Shown here one piece after another: positions 27,025-36,812 of a stretch of DNA of 64,000 bases. The notes under the pieces are model-generated. The model searched no databases and was not told the origin of the DNA. It saw only the letters and a list, made by a program, of their open reading frames with translations. Numbering within the stretch: position 1 is the first letter of the stretch; each line of letters opens with the position of its first letter. The DNA is from Gammaproteobacteria bacterium. Its GTDB lineage: Bacteria; Pseudomonadota; Gammaproteobacteria; Pseudomonadales; Pseudohongiellaceae. The stretch covers positions 755 to 64,754 of the forward strand of contig CAVOFA010000001.1 of assembly GCA_963694865.1 (NCBI GenBank). Direction: 5' to 3'. The position numbers and the translations under genes were made by a program.

Positions 27025-28194
27025 ATGCAGCAGAAAGCGTACAGGCCACAAGGTCCACTTTCCAAAGTAAAGCCTTTCCGGGTTATGACGGTAATGGAGC
27101 GAGCTTCTCAATTGGAGGCCCAGGGTCGCAAGATTGTGCACATGGAAGTTGGCGAGCCGGATTTTTCAACTGCACAAACTATTGTCGAGGCGGGCAAGGC
27201 GGCACTGGACAATGGTCTTACCAAATATACCCCCGCTGCGGGCATTACCAGGCTGAGGGATTGCCTGGTGGACTATTACCAACGTCGGTATGGCATTGCT
27301 ATCAGTCGAGAGCGAATATTAATTACCCCGGGTGCCAGTGGTGGTTTGACACTGTTGGCTAATTTGCTGGTGGCGGTGGGCGAGGGTGTGTTGCTTACGG
27401 ATCCAGCCTATCCCTGTGTTAGAAATTTTATCCACTTGCTGGCGGCCCAGCCGCAACTAATACCTGTGGGTATGGAGCAGAACTTTCAGCCAACAATCGA
27501 ACAGCTGGATCAATATTGCCAAGCAAATACTACCGGACTTTGGCTTGCCTCTCCCAGTAATCCCACCGGCACCATAATGGAGCGTGACCGCTTGCAGCAA
27601 GTCTGCTGCTGGGCGCAAAAACAAGGCTTACACCTGCTAGTCGATGAAATTTACCACGGCCTGCATTATGTAGAAGATTTACCCAGTGTGCTGGAACTGG
27701 ATCAATCCAGCTTTGTTGTAAACAGCTTCTCGAAATATTTTGGCATGACAGGCTGGCGGCTGGGGTGGATTGTTATCCCTGAGGCGTACACAGAAATGGC
27801 CAATATACTCGCACAGAACTTGTATATATCGGCCTCGTCCATTGCTCAATACGCCGCGCTTGCAGCCTTCGAAGATGATACCAGGGAAATTCTGGAGCAG
27901 CGTCGAGAGGCCTTTCGGCAACGCGGAGACTATTTAGCAAAGGCGCTGAAGGAATTGGGTTTTGTGCTGACAGAATCGACCCAGGGCGCCTTTTATTTGT
28001 ATGCGGATATTGCGAAATTCTCCAATGATAGCGAGGGGTTTTGCCATGAGATGCTGGAGCAACACGGGGTTGCAATAACCCCGGGGACTGATTTTGGCGA
28101 GTATAGGGCAAATAGCTTTGTCAGATTTGCTTTTACCACCGGCATGGATAATCTGGAGCTTGCCGTTGAGCGCCTGCGTCAGGCTTTGCCATAG
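27025..28194 (+). CDS. Class I/II PLP-dependent aminotransferase
   Basis: 389 aa. It has VGEPDF, SPSNPTG and the PLP-lysine region NSFSKYFGMTGWRLGW. Confidence 0.85.
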   Translation: MQQKAYRPQGPLSKVKPFRVMTVMERASQLEAQGRKIVHMEVGEPDFSTAQTIVEAGKAALDNGLTKYTPAAGITRLRDCLVDYYQRRYGIAISRERILITPGASGGLTLLANLLVAVGEGVLLTDPAYPCVRNFIHLLAAQPQLIPVGMEQNFQPTIEQLDQYCQANTTGLWLASPSNPTGTIMERDRLQQVCCWAQKQGLHLLVDEIYHGLHYVEDLPSVLELDQSSFVVNSFSKYFGMTGWRLGWIVIPEAYTEMANILAQNLYISASSIAQYAALAAFEDDTREILEQRREAFRQRGDYLAKALKELGFVLTESTQGAFYLYADIAKFSNDSEGFCHEMLEQHGVAITPGTDFGEYRANSFVRFAFTTGMDNLELAVERLRQALP

Positions 28195-28225
28195 CGCCCA
28201 CAGAGCAGGCTGAGGGATAGTTGTT

Positions 28226-28948
28226 ATGCAGTTCGATCCGCCACTGCAACAAGCCACACTGATAAAGCGATACAAGCGCTTCCTCGCTGATATCGAGCTC
28301 AGTAGTGGCGAAATGAGAACAATTCACTGCCCAAATACGGGCTCCATGAAAAATTGTCAGGCCCCAGGAAGTCGAGTTTGGTATTCGACTTCCAGTAATC
28401 CAAAACGAAAATATCCCAATACCTGGGAATTAGTCGAAGTCGACTCGCTGGATCTTGTGGGAATTAATACGGGGTTGGCGAATCAGCTGGTAGTGGACGC
28501 CATTGCGGCGGGAACGGTGCCGCAACTGCAGGGCTACCAGCAATTAAAAACTGAAGTTCCCTACGGTGGACAAAAAAGCAGGATCGATATATTGCTGCAG
28601 GCCGCTGCTAGTCGGCGCGCCACCGATTGTTATATAGAGGTAAAAAACGTCAGTCTCGGGATGGGCGATGGCTTGGGTCTGTTCCCGGATGCAGTTACTA
28701 CCCGGGGCCAGAAACATCTGCAGGAACTCATGTTGATGTCTAGCCTGGGCTACCGGGCGGTGTTGTATTTTTGCGTGCAGCACAGTGGCATCCACCGCGT
28801 TAGCCCCGCCGATGAGATTGATCCTGACTATGGTCGTTTACTCAGAGAAGCGGCCGCCAACGGTGTAGAGATTATGGCCTATGGCGCTGTATTTAATGTC
28901 GCGGCTTCAAGTCTGCAATTAACCACGAAGCTCGCCGTGGTCTTATAG
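28226..28948 (+). CDS. sfsA: Sugar fermentation stimulation protein A homolog
   Basis: 240 aa. The N-terminus ([14 protein letters not shown]) and the block IEVKNVSL are SfsA-like. It neighbours dksA as in enterics. Confidence 0.9.
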   Translation: MQFDPPLQQATLIKRYKRFLADIELSSGEMRTIHCPNTGSMKNCQAPGSRVWYSTSSNPKRKYPNTWELVEVDSLDLVGINTGLANQLVVDAIAAGTVPQLQGYQQLKTEVPYGGQKSRIDILLQAAASRRATDCYIEVKNVSLGMGDGLGLFPDAVTTRGQKHLQELMLMSSLGYRAVLYFCVQHSGIHRVSPADEIDPDYGRLLREAAANGVEIMAYGAVFNVAASSLQLTTKLAVVL

Positions 28949-28981
28949 ACGCTCGCGTGTTGAGGCTGCCGAGTCGCATAG

Positions 28982-29326
28982 CTATTCTGGACCGCGTGTG
29001 CGCACGTGCCTGTCTTCTATCATGATCATGCCGTGGTTGATAACAAACGGCACGGCTTGCAGATATTTGCCTTTGCAAGGTCCAACCAGGCAATGGCCAT
29101 CTTCGATTTGAAACAGGGCGCCGTGGGTAGAGCATTGAATCAAGACACCATCAGAGTCCAGAAAGTGGTCCTCTTCCCACTCTAGTGGCGTGCCAAGGTG
29201 AGGGCAACGGTTATAATAGAGAGTGATCTGATTGTCTTTTTTGACGGCGAACAGGTACTGGTTGTTGGCCTCCAGCCCTTTGGCCGTTCCCTCTTCAATA
29301 TCATCGACGGCGAGCAGTTCAATCAT
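28982..29326 (-). CDS. Rieske [2Fe-2S] domain protein
   Basis: 114 aa with CPHLG...CSTHGALF (CxH...CxxH). Confidence 0.8.
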   Translation of the reverse strand: MIELLAVDDIEEGTAKGLEANNQYLFAVKKDNQITLYYNRCPHLGTPLEWEEDHFLDSDGVLIQCSTHGALFQIEDGHCLVGPCKGKYLQAVPFVINHGMIMIEDRHVRTRGPE

Positions 29327-29392
29327 TGGACTCTCAGTATGAATTTGTTGCGGGTGGTTTGGCTCAGCATGGGAGGTCCAGGCTGAGCCGTT

Positions 29393-30622
29393 TCAGGCTA
29401 ATGCCTTTTCGAAGTCTGCCAGTAAATCTTCGCAGTCTTCGATGCCGGTTGAGAATCGCAGCATGGAGTCCGCAATTCCCATTGAGGCTCGACGCTCGGC
29501 CCCCATCTCATAGTAAATGGTATGTGCAACGGGGATTGCCAGGGTGCGAGTGTCGCCAAGGTTACTCGAAGAGACGATGTTGTCCATCTTGTTCAGGAAA
29601 TCGAAGCAATCGACACCGTCTGCCAAATCGATACTAAATATAGAGCCAAAGCTTTTGAACAACAGCCCGGCACGGGCGTGTTGTGGATGGCTCTCAAGTC
29701 CCGGGTAATACACATTATTAATTTTTGCCTGCCCCTCGCAAAATTCGGTGAGTATTTTGGCATTACTGCAGGCCTTGTCCATGCGCAGGGACAAGGTCTC
29801 CGAGCCCACTGCGAGGTGATGCGCTGCCTCGGGCCCCAAAGAAGCCCCCATGTCCCGCAGTCCTTTCTTCTGTATCTGGGTAATACCCCACAACTGAGGT
29901 GCGGCGCTCTTGTAATTGTCAAATATGTTGTCGAAGCTCTGCCAATCAAAGAGACCGGTATCAGTGATCGATCCGCCCAAGGCATTGCCGTGGCCGCCAA
30001 TATATTTCGTCAGGGAATTGATGATGAGGCTGGCACCAACTGATTTTGGCAAAAACAAATGCGGCGAGGTCATGGTGTTATCAACAAAGTAAATCAGGTT
30101 TTTACTCTGACAAAGTTCACCGATATTTTGCAGGTCTGCAACCTGGGTAACTGGATTGGCGATGGTTTCGACAAAAACCAACCGAGTGTTGGCTGTTATG
30201 GCAGCCGCTACCGCATCCACATCCGTGGCATCGACGTAGCTGATGTCAATGCCCAGGTTTTGCAAGGTGCCAAACAAGCTGTTGGTGTTGCCAAATAAAA
30301 AGGCGCTGGAAACAATATGGTCTCCCGCCCGTAACAGCGACAACAGGGTTGAGCTTATTGCGCCCATGCCGGTGGCGAAGGCGACACTGTCAATACCGTC
30401 TTCCATTGCCGTAATTCGCTTCTGTAGCGCCGTGACCGTGGGATTAAGCTGGCGCCCGTAGTTAAATCCGGCCCGCTTGCCCTGAAAGACTTCGGCTAAA
30501 TGACGGGAATCGGTGTAGCCATAAGCAACCGATGGATGTATGGCTTTGTGAAGCACGCCATGTTCCGGGTTGTCCCTGCGGTCTGAATGCAGGTTGGTGG
30601 TGGTAAAGCCTTTCTTGGCCAT
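29393..30622 (-). CDS. Cys/Met-metabolism PLP enzyme, O-acetylhomoserine sulfhydrylase (MetY)-like
   Basis: 409 aa. It has the PLP-lysine block (NSLTKYIGGHGNALGGSITD), the blocks FVETIANP and VDNT, and the C-terminal RFSTGIED. Confidence 0.8.
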   Translation of the reverse strand: MAKKGFTTTNLHSDRRDNPEHGVLHKAIHPSVAYGYTDSRHLAEVFQGKRAGFNYGRQLNPTVTALQKRITAMEDGIDSVAFATGMGAISSTLLSLLRAGDHIVSSAFLFGNTNSLFGTLQNLGIDISYVDATDVDAVAAAITANTRLVFVETIANPVTQVADLQNIGELCQSKNLIYFVDNTMTSPHLFLPKSVGASLIINSLTKYIGGHGNALGGSITDTGLFDWQSFDNIFDNYKSAAPQLWGITQIQKKGLRDMGASLGPEAAHHLAVGSETLSLRMDKACSNAKILTEFCEGQAKINNVYYPGLESHPQHARAGLLFKSFGSIFSIDLADGVDCFDFLNKMDNIVSSSNLGDTRTLAIPVAHTIYYEMGAERRASMGIADSMLRFSTGIEDCEDLLADFEKALA

Positions 30623-30773
30623 AGCTTTCGACTCATCTGCTTTGCGCTTGTGTAAATGCTGGCGGAGTTATACACCAGCGCTTTTGATATTGGAAGTTAG
30701 GGCCGTGCTGATCGAGTAGCCGGTGTCTCCGTGTGACTCCAACTATGCCATTCCAAGTAATTTCAGAATCGGC

Positions 30774-31136
30774 TTATTGTTGACGATCAGCCGTGTCCTG
30801 ACAGCGAATGCACAGAGCTGCTTCCGGTTGCGCCAGCAGTCGTGGTACCGCGATAGGTTCATCGCAGTCTCTGCAATATCCGTATTCGCCGGTGTCCATC
30901 ATCCGCAGTGCAGCTTCCACCTGTTGCAACCTTGAGCTGATCTTGCCGCGGGTGGAAAGCGCCATGCTTTGTTGCTGCATGGCGTCCATGCGGGATAATC
31001 GACCGACGCTGGTTTGATCCAGGGTGACGACCTTGCTGGCGTCTTCGCCAATAATGAGTTGCTGATTTAATTGCGCTTGCAGTCCAAGCAATCGCTGCTT
31101 TAACTCTGCAGAGTCTACCGAATTCAATATTGTCAT
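30774..31136 (-). CDS. DksA/TraR-family C4 zinc-finger protein (second DksA-family gene in the window)
   Basis: It has CRDCDEPI...CIRCQ preceded by a coiled-coil-like region. The ORF opens at 31175, and MTILNS (31136) is the more likely start. Confidence 0.75.
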   Translation of the reverse strand: MTILNSVDSAELKQRLLGLQAQLNQQLIIGEDASKVVTLDQTSVGRLSRMDAMQQQSMALSTRGKISSRLQQVEAALRMMDTGEYGYCRDCDEPIAVPRLLAQPEAALCIRCQDTADRQQ

Positions 31137-31210
31137 TTTAACTCTCTGTGCAAGCTTCACACAGCTCCCTGCCAACGTTCATTGCCGCAGCTACTCCAAC
31201 TTCGGCAGCA

Positions 31211-32545
31211 CTAGCGAATTGGCAGCCCTTGAAATAGCGGTCTGGCGTCTATCAATGCCTGAATTTCGGCTAGTCGCTGCCGGTACTCAACACTGTCTCG
31301 ATTCCGGTAGAGGGCGTTGAAATCGGATTCGGACAAGCCATCACGATTGTTTCCAACCACTGGCATATAGTCGGATTCATTCTGTAGATTAGCCAGTCTC
31401 TCCTGCATAACACGTGCAGTTTGCGAATCCCGAGTCGAATTGCTGGCGATGGTGACGCCTACGGTATTCGCCGCCAGGTCGGAGAAGCTGAAACCGGATC
31501 GATAGCGGGCATCATACGCTTCCTTCGTAGTTGATAGCATTTGCGCCAGATCAGCACCTGCTGCAACTGTTATCGCCGCGATGGAAACCAGATGCTGGGC
31601 TAAATCCTGCCGTCTTTGCAGTCGCACCTCTATGACCTTGGGTTTGGCCAGGGATGCCGCCAGCTCTGCGCCAAGCAATTGCTCGATGTCGTCGTCGTTA
31701 ATGTAGACAGCCAGGGTTTGAAACAGGGTCCGGTTCTCGGCAATCGGGTCGCTGCCATTGCGGGATTTTTCGCGGGCCGTCGCAAACAGGGGAATCAAGA
31801 AGGCATTCAAGGATACCGCGCGCAAATCAGCAGGGATAGCTGCCGCTATTTCTCCCAATTGTAGATAATAGGCTACTACTCGCTGTTGATCCTCGGCTGA
31901 AATAAAAAGCTGTTGTGCGTGTTTGCTAATATCGCTGATCAGGGCCGGGTCCCATACCAGTTCAACGTCGATGCTGTTGGGGTTAATAGCAATCTGGCGA
32001 ATCTGGGCAAGCAATTGAGTAAAGTCCCGGTAGGCGCTAGTCGAAGTCGCCAGATTTTCTCGAATTTGGCTTAGAGTGAGTTGCAAAAGCCTGTCAGGGA
32101 CTTTCAATTTGCCAATATGCACGGACGCGACCTCCAATAAATTGTCGCGGCCAATGAATTCTGTGCGGACATTGAGGAATAAAGGAATCAAGCGTTGGTT
32201 CAACTTGACGCTGAGCTGAGAGCTGAGTGCATTTTCACTTAAAGCGAGGCGGGCGGTCCATTGGGGTGACAGGTTCATGACAGTGACGCTGTGGCGCAGT
32301 AACAGGTTCATTTCTTCGGCAGTGAGCTGTAAGCTTTGCACACTCACACTCTGGGGTGACTGGGGCGCGATATCCAGCAAAAATCGCTCTATTTGTGAAA
32401 TTTCAGCGCGGTTAAGTGGCGCATCGGTTGTCAGTACAGGGCTGGTTTCCACGGCAAGCAGGACTAGCACAAGCGGCGCGCTGCCAAGCAAGACCAGCAA
32501 CGGTCGTATCAGTTGAGCGAAACTCTTGGATAATAGGGTGCCCAA
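31211..32545 (-). CDS. Hypothetical membrane-anchored protein
   Basis: 444-aa uninterrupted ORF with one N-terminal TM (LLVLLGSAPLVLVLLAV). I recognised no motif. Confidence 0.6.
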   Translation of the reverse strand: MGTLLSKSFAQLIRPLLVLLGSAPLVLVLLAVETSPVLTTDAPLNRAEISQIERFLLDIAPQSPQSVSVQSLQLTAEEMNLLLRHSVTVMNLSPQWTARLALSENALSSQLSVKLNQRLIPLFLNVRTEFIGRDNLLEVASVHIGKLKVPDRLLQLTLSQIRENLATSTSAYRDFTQLLAQIRQIAINPNSIDVELVWDPALISDISKHAQQLFISAEDQQRVVAYYLQLGEIAAAIPADLRAVSLNAFLIPLFATAREKSRNGSDPIAENRTLFQTLAVYINDDDIEQLLGAELAASLAKPKVIEVRLQRRQDLAQHLVSIAAITVAAGADLAQMLSTTKEAYDARYRSGFSFSDLAANTVGVTIASNSTRDSQTARVMQERLANLQNESDYMPVVGNNRDGLSESDFNALYRNRDSVEYRQRLAEIQALIDARPLFQGLPIR

Positions 32546-32808
32546 TACGGGTCCAGCCTTCAGATCAGCTTTGGCAGAGGTTTAAAATCTGAGCCGCTAA
32601 AGCTTGAATTAAAAGTGTTAACAGCAGACAAAAGCAGGTTCACGAGCTGATTTTACTGACAAACTGCGACTTTATCGCTATAAAGTATGACAAAATCCAC
32701 ATTTTGCCGAATAACTAATAGAATTAATTGGTTAATCAACGGCTTGGCGTTAACATTGCGCAGACTGCAGCAGATAGTAATGTGAGTTACCCCATCAAGG
32801 AGATGGTT

Positions 32809-33519
32809 ATGAATTTCCTTCAAAATACAATATCAGGCAATTTTTATTCCGCGAAGCTGCTTCGGCAGGCCTGCTTCGGGGTCTGCGTGTTGATGATTTT
32901 GGGAGCCTGTAGCTCACAGGCAGCCAGGGATGCTGAACTGGCTGCGGTGGAGTCGGCACGTGTTGCTACCGAGCAAGCAGCAGCGGCCCGCGTGGCACGA
33001 GATCAAGCGCGCCAGAGCGCGGCTGAGCAGCAGCGGCAGCGGGAACTGCGCACACTTGAACTGGCCAGAGAGCAGGCACAGCAGCAGCGGCAGCGGGAAC
33101 TGCGCACACTTGAACTGGCCAGAGAGCAGGCACAGCAGGAGCGTGAATTGGCACGGGAGCGAGTCAGGATGGAAGCGGCTCAGCGTCAGCAAGAAGAAGC
33201 TGAATTGAGAGAACGAGAACGCTTGTCGGCTATTGCCGCGGCCGAGGCAGAGAGACTGGAAAAACTGGATCGCATCACCGAGCTGGAACGACAGATCGTA
33301 GCGGTGCAAACCAATGCCGGCGATGACGAAGCTGCGCGTCTAATATTGCTGGAAGCGATAGTAGTTGCGGAAGAATTGCTGGATGTACTTACCGCCGAGC
33401 AGGCGAAATACGAAAACACAGATGTCAGTGGTAATACGGTTCAGCCTCTGGCAAAGGAATTAATAGCTGAGTTGCAACAGCGCAAAGACAATCTGATGAG
33501 GCAAGCCAGTTCGCGCTAG
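32809..33519 (+). CDS. Coiled-coil lipoprotein with Q/R/E-rich repeat
   Basis: AAGGAG lies 6 nt upstream of the ATG at 32809 (the ORF opens at 32728). A lipobox is present (MILGAC). The body is highly charged and helical, and contains a perfect 18-aa duplication. Confidence 0.65.
   Translation: MNFLQNTISGNFYSAKLLRQACFGVCVLMILGACSSQAARDAELAAVESARVATEQAAAARVARDQARQSAAEQQRQRELRTLELAREQAQQQRQRELRTLELAREQAQQERELARERVRMEAAQRQQEEAELRERERLSAIAAAEAERLEKLDRITELERQIVAVQTNAGDDEAARLILLEAIVVAEELLDVLTAEQAKYENTDVSGNTVQPLAKELIAELQQRKDNLMRQASSR
33028..33135 (+). repeat. Perfect 54-bp tandem duplication (2 copies) inside the lipoprotein gene
   Basis: 33028-33081 is identical to 33082-33135 (cagcagcggcagcgggaactgcgcacacttgaactggccagagagcaggcacag). 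The duplication is in frame and encodes QQRQRELRTLELAREQAQ twice. Confidence 0.95.
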
Positions 33520-33552
33520 ACTGGTAGCGGCGTGCAATAAGCAGGTTAAAAC

Positions 33553-33720
33553 ATGAGTGATAATGTCGTAGATTTTGAGTCCTGCAAGCAAAACCACCTG
33601 CACAAGCGCAAGGAAGCGAAGGTAGATGCTATCAAACGTGCCTTCCGGGTTGCCCGCGGTGAACCGGACCCCGATCAAGCCCCGTTCCAAGCGCAAATCT
33701 GGCCGCAAATCCAAACGTAA
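33553..33720 (+). CDS. Possible small basic protein (55 aa), below the ORF-track cutoff
   Basis: My translation is MSDNVVDFESCKQNHLHKRKEAKVDAIKRAFRVARGEPDPDQAPFQAQIWPQIQT. The composition is protein-like, but the RBS is weak. Confidence 0.3.
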   Translation: MSDNVVDFESCKQNHLHKRKEAKVDAIKRAFRVARGEPDPDQAPFQAQIWPQIQT

Positions 33721-33898
33721 ATAATCTTGGCCAAGAGCCGCCAGGCTCGATTCTCCGGCGCCAGTCTTCACTTTCATAAGCGACTGATTCTGAGCTCATT
33801 TAGAGCTGCAGGCATGCTTTTTTTGTACTGTGTGTTGTGGTAAAGTGCGCGCCTTTGAAATAATAGATATTCCACTATTTATGGGGAGAGATAGCTAG

Positions 33899-36028
33899 AT
33901 GCCGGGCATAACAATTACGGTGACGACAATATTGGGTTTGTTTGGCTTGGGAATAGCCTTCTTTTTTATGCAGAAGGTAATGAGCGTTCCACTGGCTATG
34001 GGGCTTGATGAGAAGGACAGTACCCGCCTCAAGTTTATTCACGGAGCTATCGCAGACGGCGCGATGGCGTTCTTGAAGCAGGAATATAAATTCCTGACCA
34101 TTTTCATGTTGGTCTTTGCGCTTATTATCGCCATTCTTATCAATGATCCCCATACCCCTGATATTCGCGAGGGCATCTACACAGCGATAGCCTTCCTCTT
34201 TGGCGGAATTATTTCCATAGCCTCTGGCTACATAGGCATGAAGGTTGCCGTTCAGGGTAATGCTCGCACTACGGTATCGGCGAAGAAAAGCATCTCCGGC
34301 GCTTTCGATGTAGCAATCAATTCCGGTGCCGTCATGGGTTTTGCTTTGGTTGGACTCGCGACCCTTGGTCTGGTCATCATCTATGTCGTGATGAGCGCTT
34401 TGATGTCTGATCTTGGGCCTGACAACAATCACATTTTAATGGAAGTGATCGCCGGATTTGGTCTCGGCGGCTCTACTATCGCCTTATTTGCCCGCGTCGG
34501 CGGTGGCATATTCACCAAGGCGGCAGATGTTGGTGCCGACCTGGTTGGTAAAGTAGAGCAGGGTATTCCTGAAGACGACCCCCGTAACCCGGCGGTAATT
34601 GCCGATAACGTAGGTGACAATGTCGGCGATGTGGCGGGAATGGGTGCTGACCTTTTCGGTTCCTGTGCCGAGAGTACTTGTGCAGCGATGGTTATCAGCG
34701 CTGTTGTGTTTGCGGCGGATCCAAACGCCTTGCTGTATCCAATCCTCATCAGCGCCGTTGGAATTCCAATTAGCCTCATTACTAAGTTGTTGGTTACGGT
34801 AAAAACCGAAGACGATGTTGCCCCGGCATTAATGAAACTGCTGATTATTTCCAGTGCCCTGATGGCGTTTGTGATGTACTTTTTTACCATCGCGTTGATT
34901 CCTGAAACTTTCGAATTGAACGGTGAACCGTACACCAATGTGGGTGTTTATTTGTGCTTCCTCATCGGCCTGGTAGCGGGTTTGGCCGTAGGTCTGTTAA
35001 CCGGCTACTACACCTCCGAGAAGTTTGGCCCGGTTCAGGAAGTGGCCAAATCCTGTGAAACCGGAGTCGCCACCAACATCATTTATGGCCTGGCACTGGG
35101 CTATAAGAGTACGGTGCTGCCTTACCTGGCCATCGCCGTCAGCATTTTTGTTTCCTGGGAGCTTGCAGGCATGTACGGCATTGCGATTGCTTCCCTGGGC
35201 ATGCTCGGCACTCTGGTGCTGACCCTGACTATCGATGCTTACGGACCCGTAGCAGATAACGCGGGTGGTATTGCCGAGATGGTGGGACTGGAGAAAGAAG
35301 TACGCCGTCGCACCGACATCCTGGACTCTGCCGGCAATACTACCGCCGCAATCGGCAAAGGCTTCGCTGTTGGCGCCGCGATTTTGACGTCCTTGGCACT
35401 GTTCGCTGCCTTCATCACCACCGCCGAAACCTTAAGAGGTGAGGAAATCACCATGAGCTTGCTCGAACCTCTTGTTTTTACAAGCTTATTCATAGGTGCG
35501 GTGCTGCCTTTCCTGTTTTCTGCGATGACTATGAAATCCGTTGGCAAGGCTGCTTTTGCCATGATCGAAGAAGTTCGCCATCAGTTCAAGACCATCCCTG
35601 GCATTATGGAAGGCACCGGTGAGCCGGATTATTCGCGCTGCGTTGCTATTTCGACCCAGGCCGCGTTAAAAGAGATGATCGCCCCTGGCATATTAATCAT
35701 GGGTTCTCCTTTGGTAGTCGGATTTCTGTTCGGCGTAGAAGCCGTGGCGGGCATGTTGATTGGGTCTTTGGTTGCTGGTGGTGTGCTCGCTATCGCCTCT
35801 TCCAACAGCGGTGGTGCCTGGGACAATGCCAAGAAATACATAGAGGCTGGAAATCTCGGCGGCAAGGGCTCAGACGTGCATACGGCGGCAGTGGTTGGTG
35901 ATACTGTGGGAGATCCGATGAAGGACACTTCCGGACCCTCGCTGAATATCCTGATCAAACTATCCGCTATTCTGAGTTTGGTGTTCACACCTTTCTTTGT
36001 TCAATACGGCGGCATTCTCTTGGGCTAG
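33899..36028 (+). CDS. hppA: Membrane-bound proton/sodium-translocating pyrophosphatase
   Basis: 709 aa and multi-TM. It carries the signature [20 protein letters not shown] and [28 protein letters not shown]. Confidence 0.9.
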   Translation: MPGITITVTTILGLFGLGIAFFFMQKVMSVPLAMGLDEKDSTRLKFIHGAIADGAMAFLKQEYKFLTIFMLVFALIIAILINDPHTPDIREGIYTAIAFLFGGIISIASGYIGMKVAVQGNARTTVSAKKSISGAFDVAINSGAVMGFALVGLATLGLVIIYVVMSALMSDLGPDNNHILMEVIAGFGLGGSTIALFARVGGGIFTKAADVGADLVGKVEQGIPEDDPRNPAVIADNVGDNVGDVAGMGADLFGSCAESTCAAMVISAVVFAADPNALLYPILISAVGIPISLITKLLVTVKTEDDVAPALMKLLIISSALMAFVMYFFTIALIPETFELNGEPYTNVGVYLCFLIGLVAGLAVGLLTGYYTSEKFGPVQEVAKSCETGVATNIIYGLALGYKSTVLPYLAIAVSIFVSWELAGMYGIAIASLGMLGTLVLTLTIDAYGPVADNAGGIAEMVGLEKEVRRRTDILDSAGNTTAAIGKGFAVGAAILTSLALFAAFITTAETLRGEEITMSLLEPLVFTSLFIGAVLPFLFSAMTMKSVGKAAFAMIEEVRHQFKTIPGIMEGTGEPDYSRCVAISTQAALKEMIAPGILIMGSPLVVGFLFGVEAVAGMLIGSLVAGGVLAIASSNSGGAWDNAKKYIEAGNLGGKGSDVHTAAVVGDTVGDPMKDTSGPSLNILIKLSAILSLVFTPFFVQYGGILLG

Positions 36029-36044
36029 ACTGAGCCAAGGGTAC

Positions 36045-36071
36045 AAATAAGGGTCAATTGACCCTTATTTT
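36045..36071. terminator. Bidirectional terminator (perfect palindrome) after hppA
   Basis: aaataagggtc-aatt-gacccttattt forms an 11-bp stem with A/T runs on both sides. It lies between convergent genes. Confidence 0.8.
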
Positions 36072-36099
36072 GTGCCTGTAGTTTGGCTGTGGGTAGTGC

Positions 36100-36675
36100 T
36101 TAAAACTCTCGTCGAGTTTCAAAATGAAACAGCACCCACTCCTCGATTAGTTGCGTTGTACTGTTCTCAATATCTGTCCATGTAGTGTGTACAGTTTTAA
36201 CACATTGATAGATGCGGAATGAATCAGTGTCTTCAATGATCAGATTGCGTACCGAGGGGTTCAGTGTGTAATTGGAAATCTCGACCAGTTTTGAATTTTC
36301 TGCCATGGTGCGGTCGACACATTCATCGTCGGCAAGCAGATCGATATAGTCAATTTCGGTATCCGCGGAACCCTGGGCCGGCACCTCCAGGTTAAAAGTG
36401 AGCCGAATGGCTTCACTGTCTTTGGAACTGCCGAGAAATACGATAGAGTCCAGTCGGACTGTTTTCTGAGTCTGGTTATTAACAACCAGTCTTAGGCCAT
36501 CGTCAGTATTTTCGCCCCATCCTGACGAATACAGTGCGAATTTAATAGCGGCTGCTTCCGGCAGTTCTGCTGCCTGTATACTGGCAGCTAGCAGTAGCAG
36601 CAAGACAAAGGTTTTGTGCATAGGAAAAGAGTATCTCATGCTTTCGCCATGGTTCAGAGCTGCCCTGATATTCAT
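36100..36675 (-). CDS. Hypothetical secreted protein (start uncertain: 36675, 36639 or 36621)
   Basis: It has a signal peptide (MHKTFVLLLLLAASIQAAE) and a beta-rich acidic mature part. I recognised no motif. Confidence 0.55.
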   Translation of the reverse strand: MNIRAALNHGESMRYSFPMHKTFVLLLLLAASIQAAELPEAAAIKFALYSSGWGENTDDGLRLVVNNQTQKTVRLDSIVFLGSSKDSEAIRLTFNLEVPAQGSADTEIDYIDLLADDECVDRTMAENSKLVEISNYTLNPSVRNLIIEDTDSFRIYQCVKTVHTTWTDIENSTTQLIEEWVLFHFETRREF

Positions 36676-36812
36676 CCAATTTTAGCGGCCTGGCGGAGCA
36701 GGTGTCATGCCTATTTTCTTTTCATAGTGAATAAATGATAATCACCTCAAGCTGATGGCAAACGCCGCTTTCAGTCTACTTTGATCAAACCCATCTTCGA
36801 CAGGCCTGATAC

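Noticed and set aside
26828-27141. ORFs 26828-27070 (+, 80 aa) and 26854-27141 (-, 95 aa) in the dksA/aminotransferase intergenic region
   Set aside because: They overlap each other, the terminator hairpin and the aminotransferase start. They have no RBS and an odd composition. The region is treated as regulatory or non-coding.
30623-30773. Possible SAM-II/SAM-V-type riboswitch in the leader of the MetY-like gene (AAAGCU just before the ATG; GCUGG...CCAGC stem)
   Set aside because: I cannot reconstruct the pseudoknot/triple-helix consensus from memory with enough confidence. The matches are short enough to be chance, so a covariance-model scan is needed before any claim.
33460-33777. 105-aa minus-strand ORF overlapping the end of the lipoprotein gene
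   Set aside because: It overlaps a better-supported gene end, and it has no RBS and a low-complexity L/R-rich sequence. It is probably a shadow ORF.
33806-33817. CTGCAGGCATGC (PstI-SphI, identical to a stretch of the pUC polylinker) followed by a T7 run, with a SacI site nearby
   Set aside because: Identity is only 12 nt and does not extend on either side into vector sequence. It is most likely coincidence. It also does not form a convincing terminator stem.
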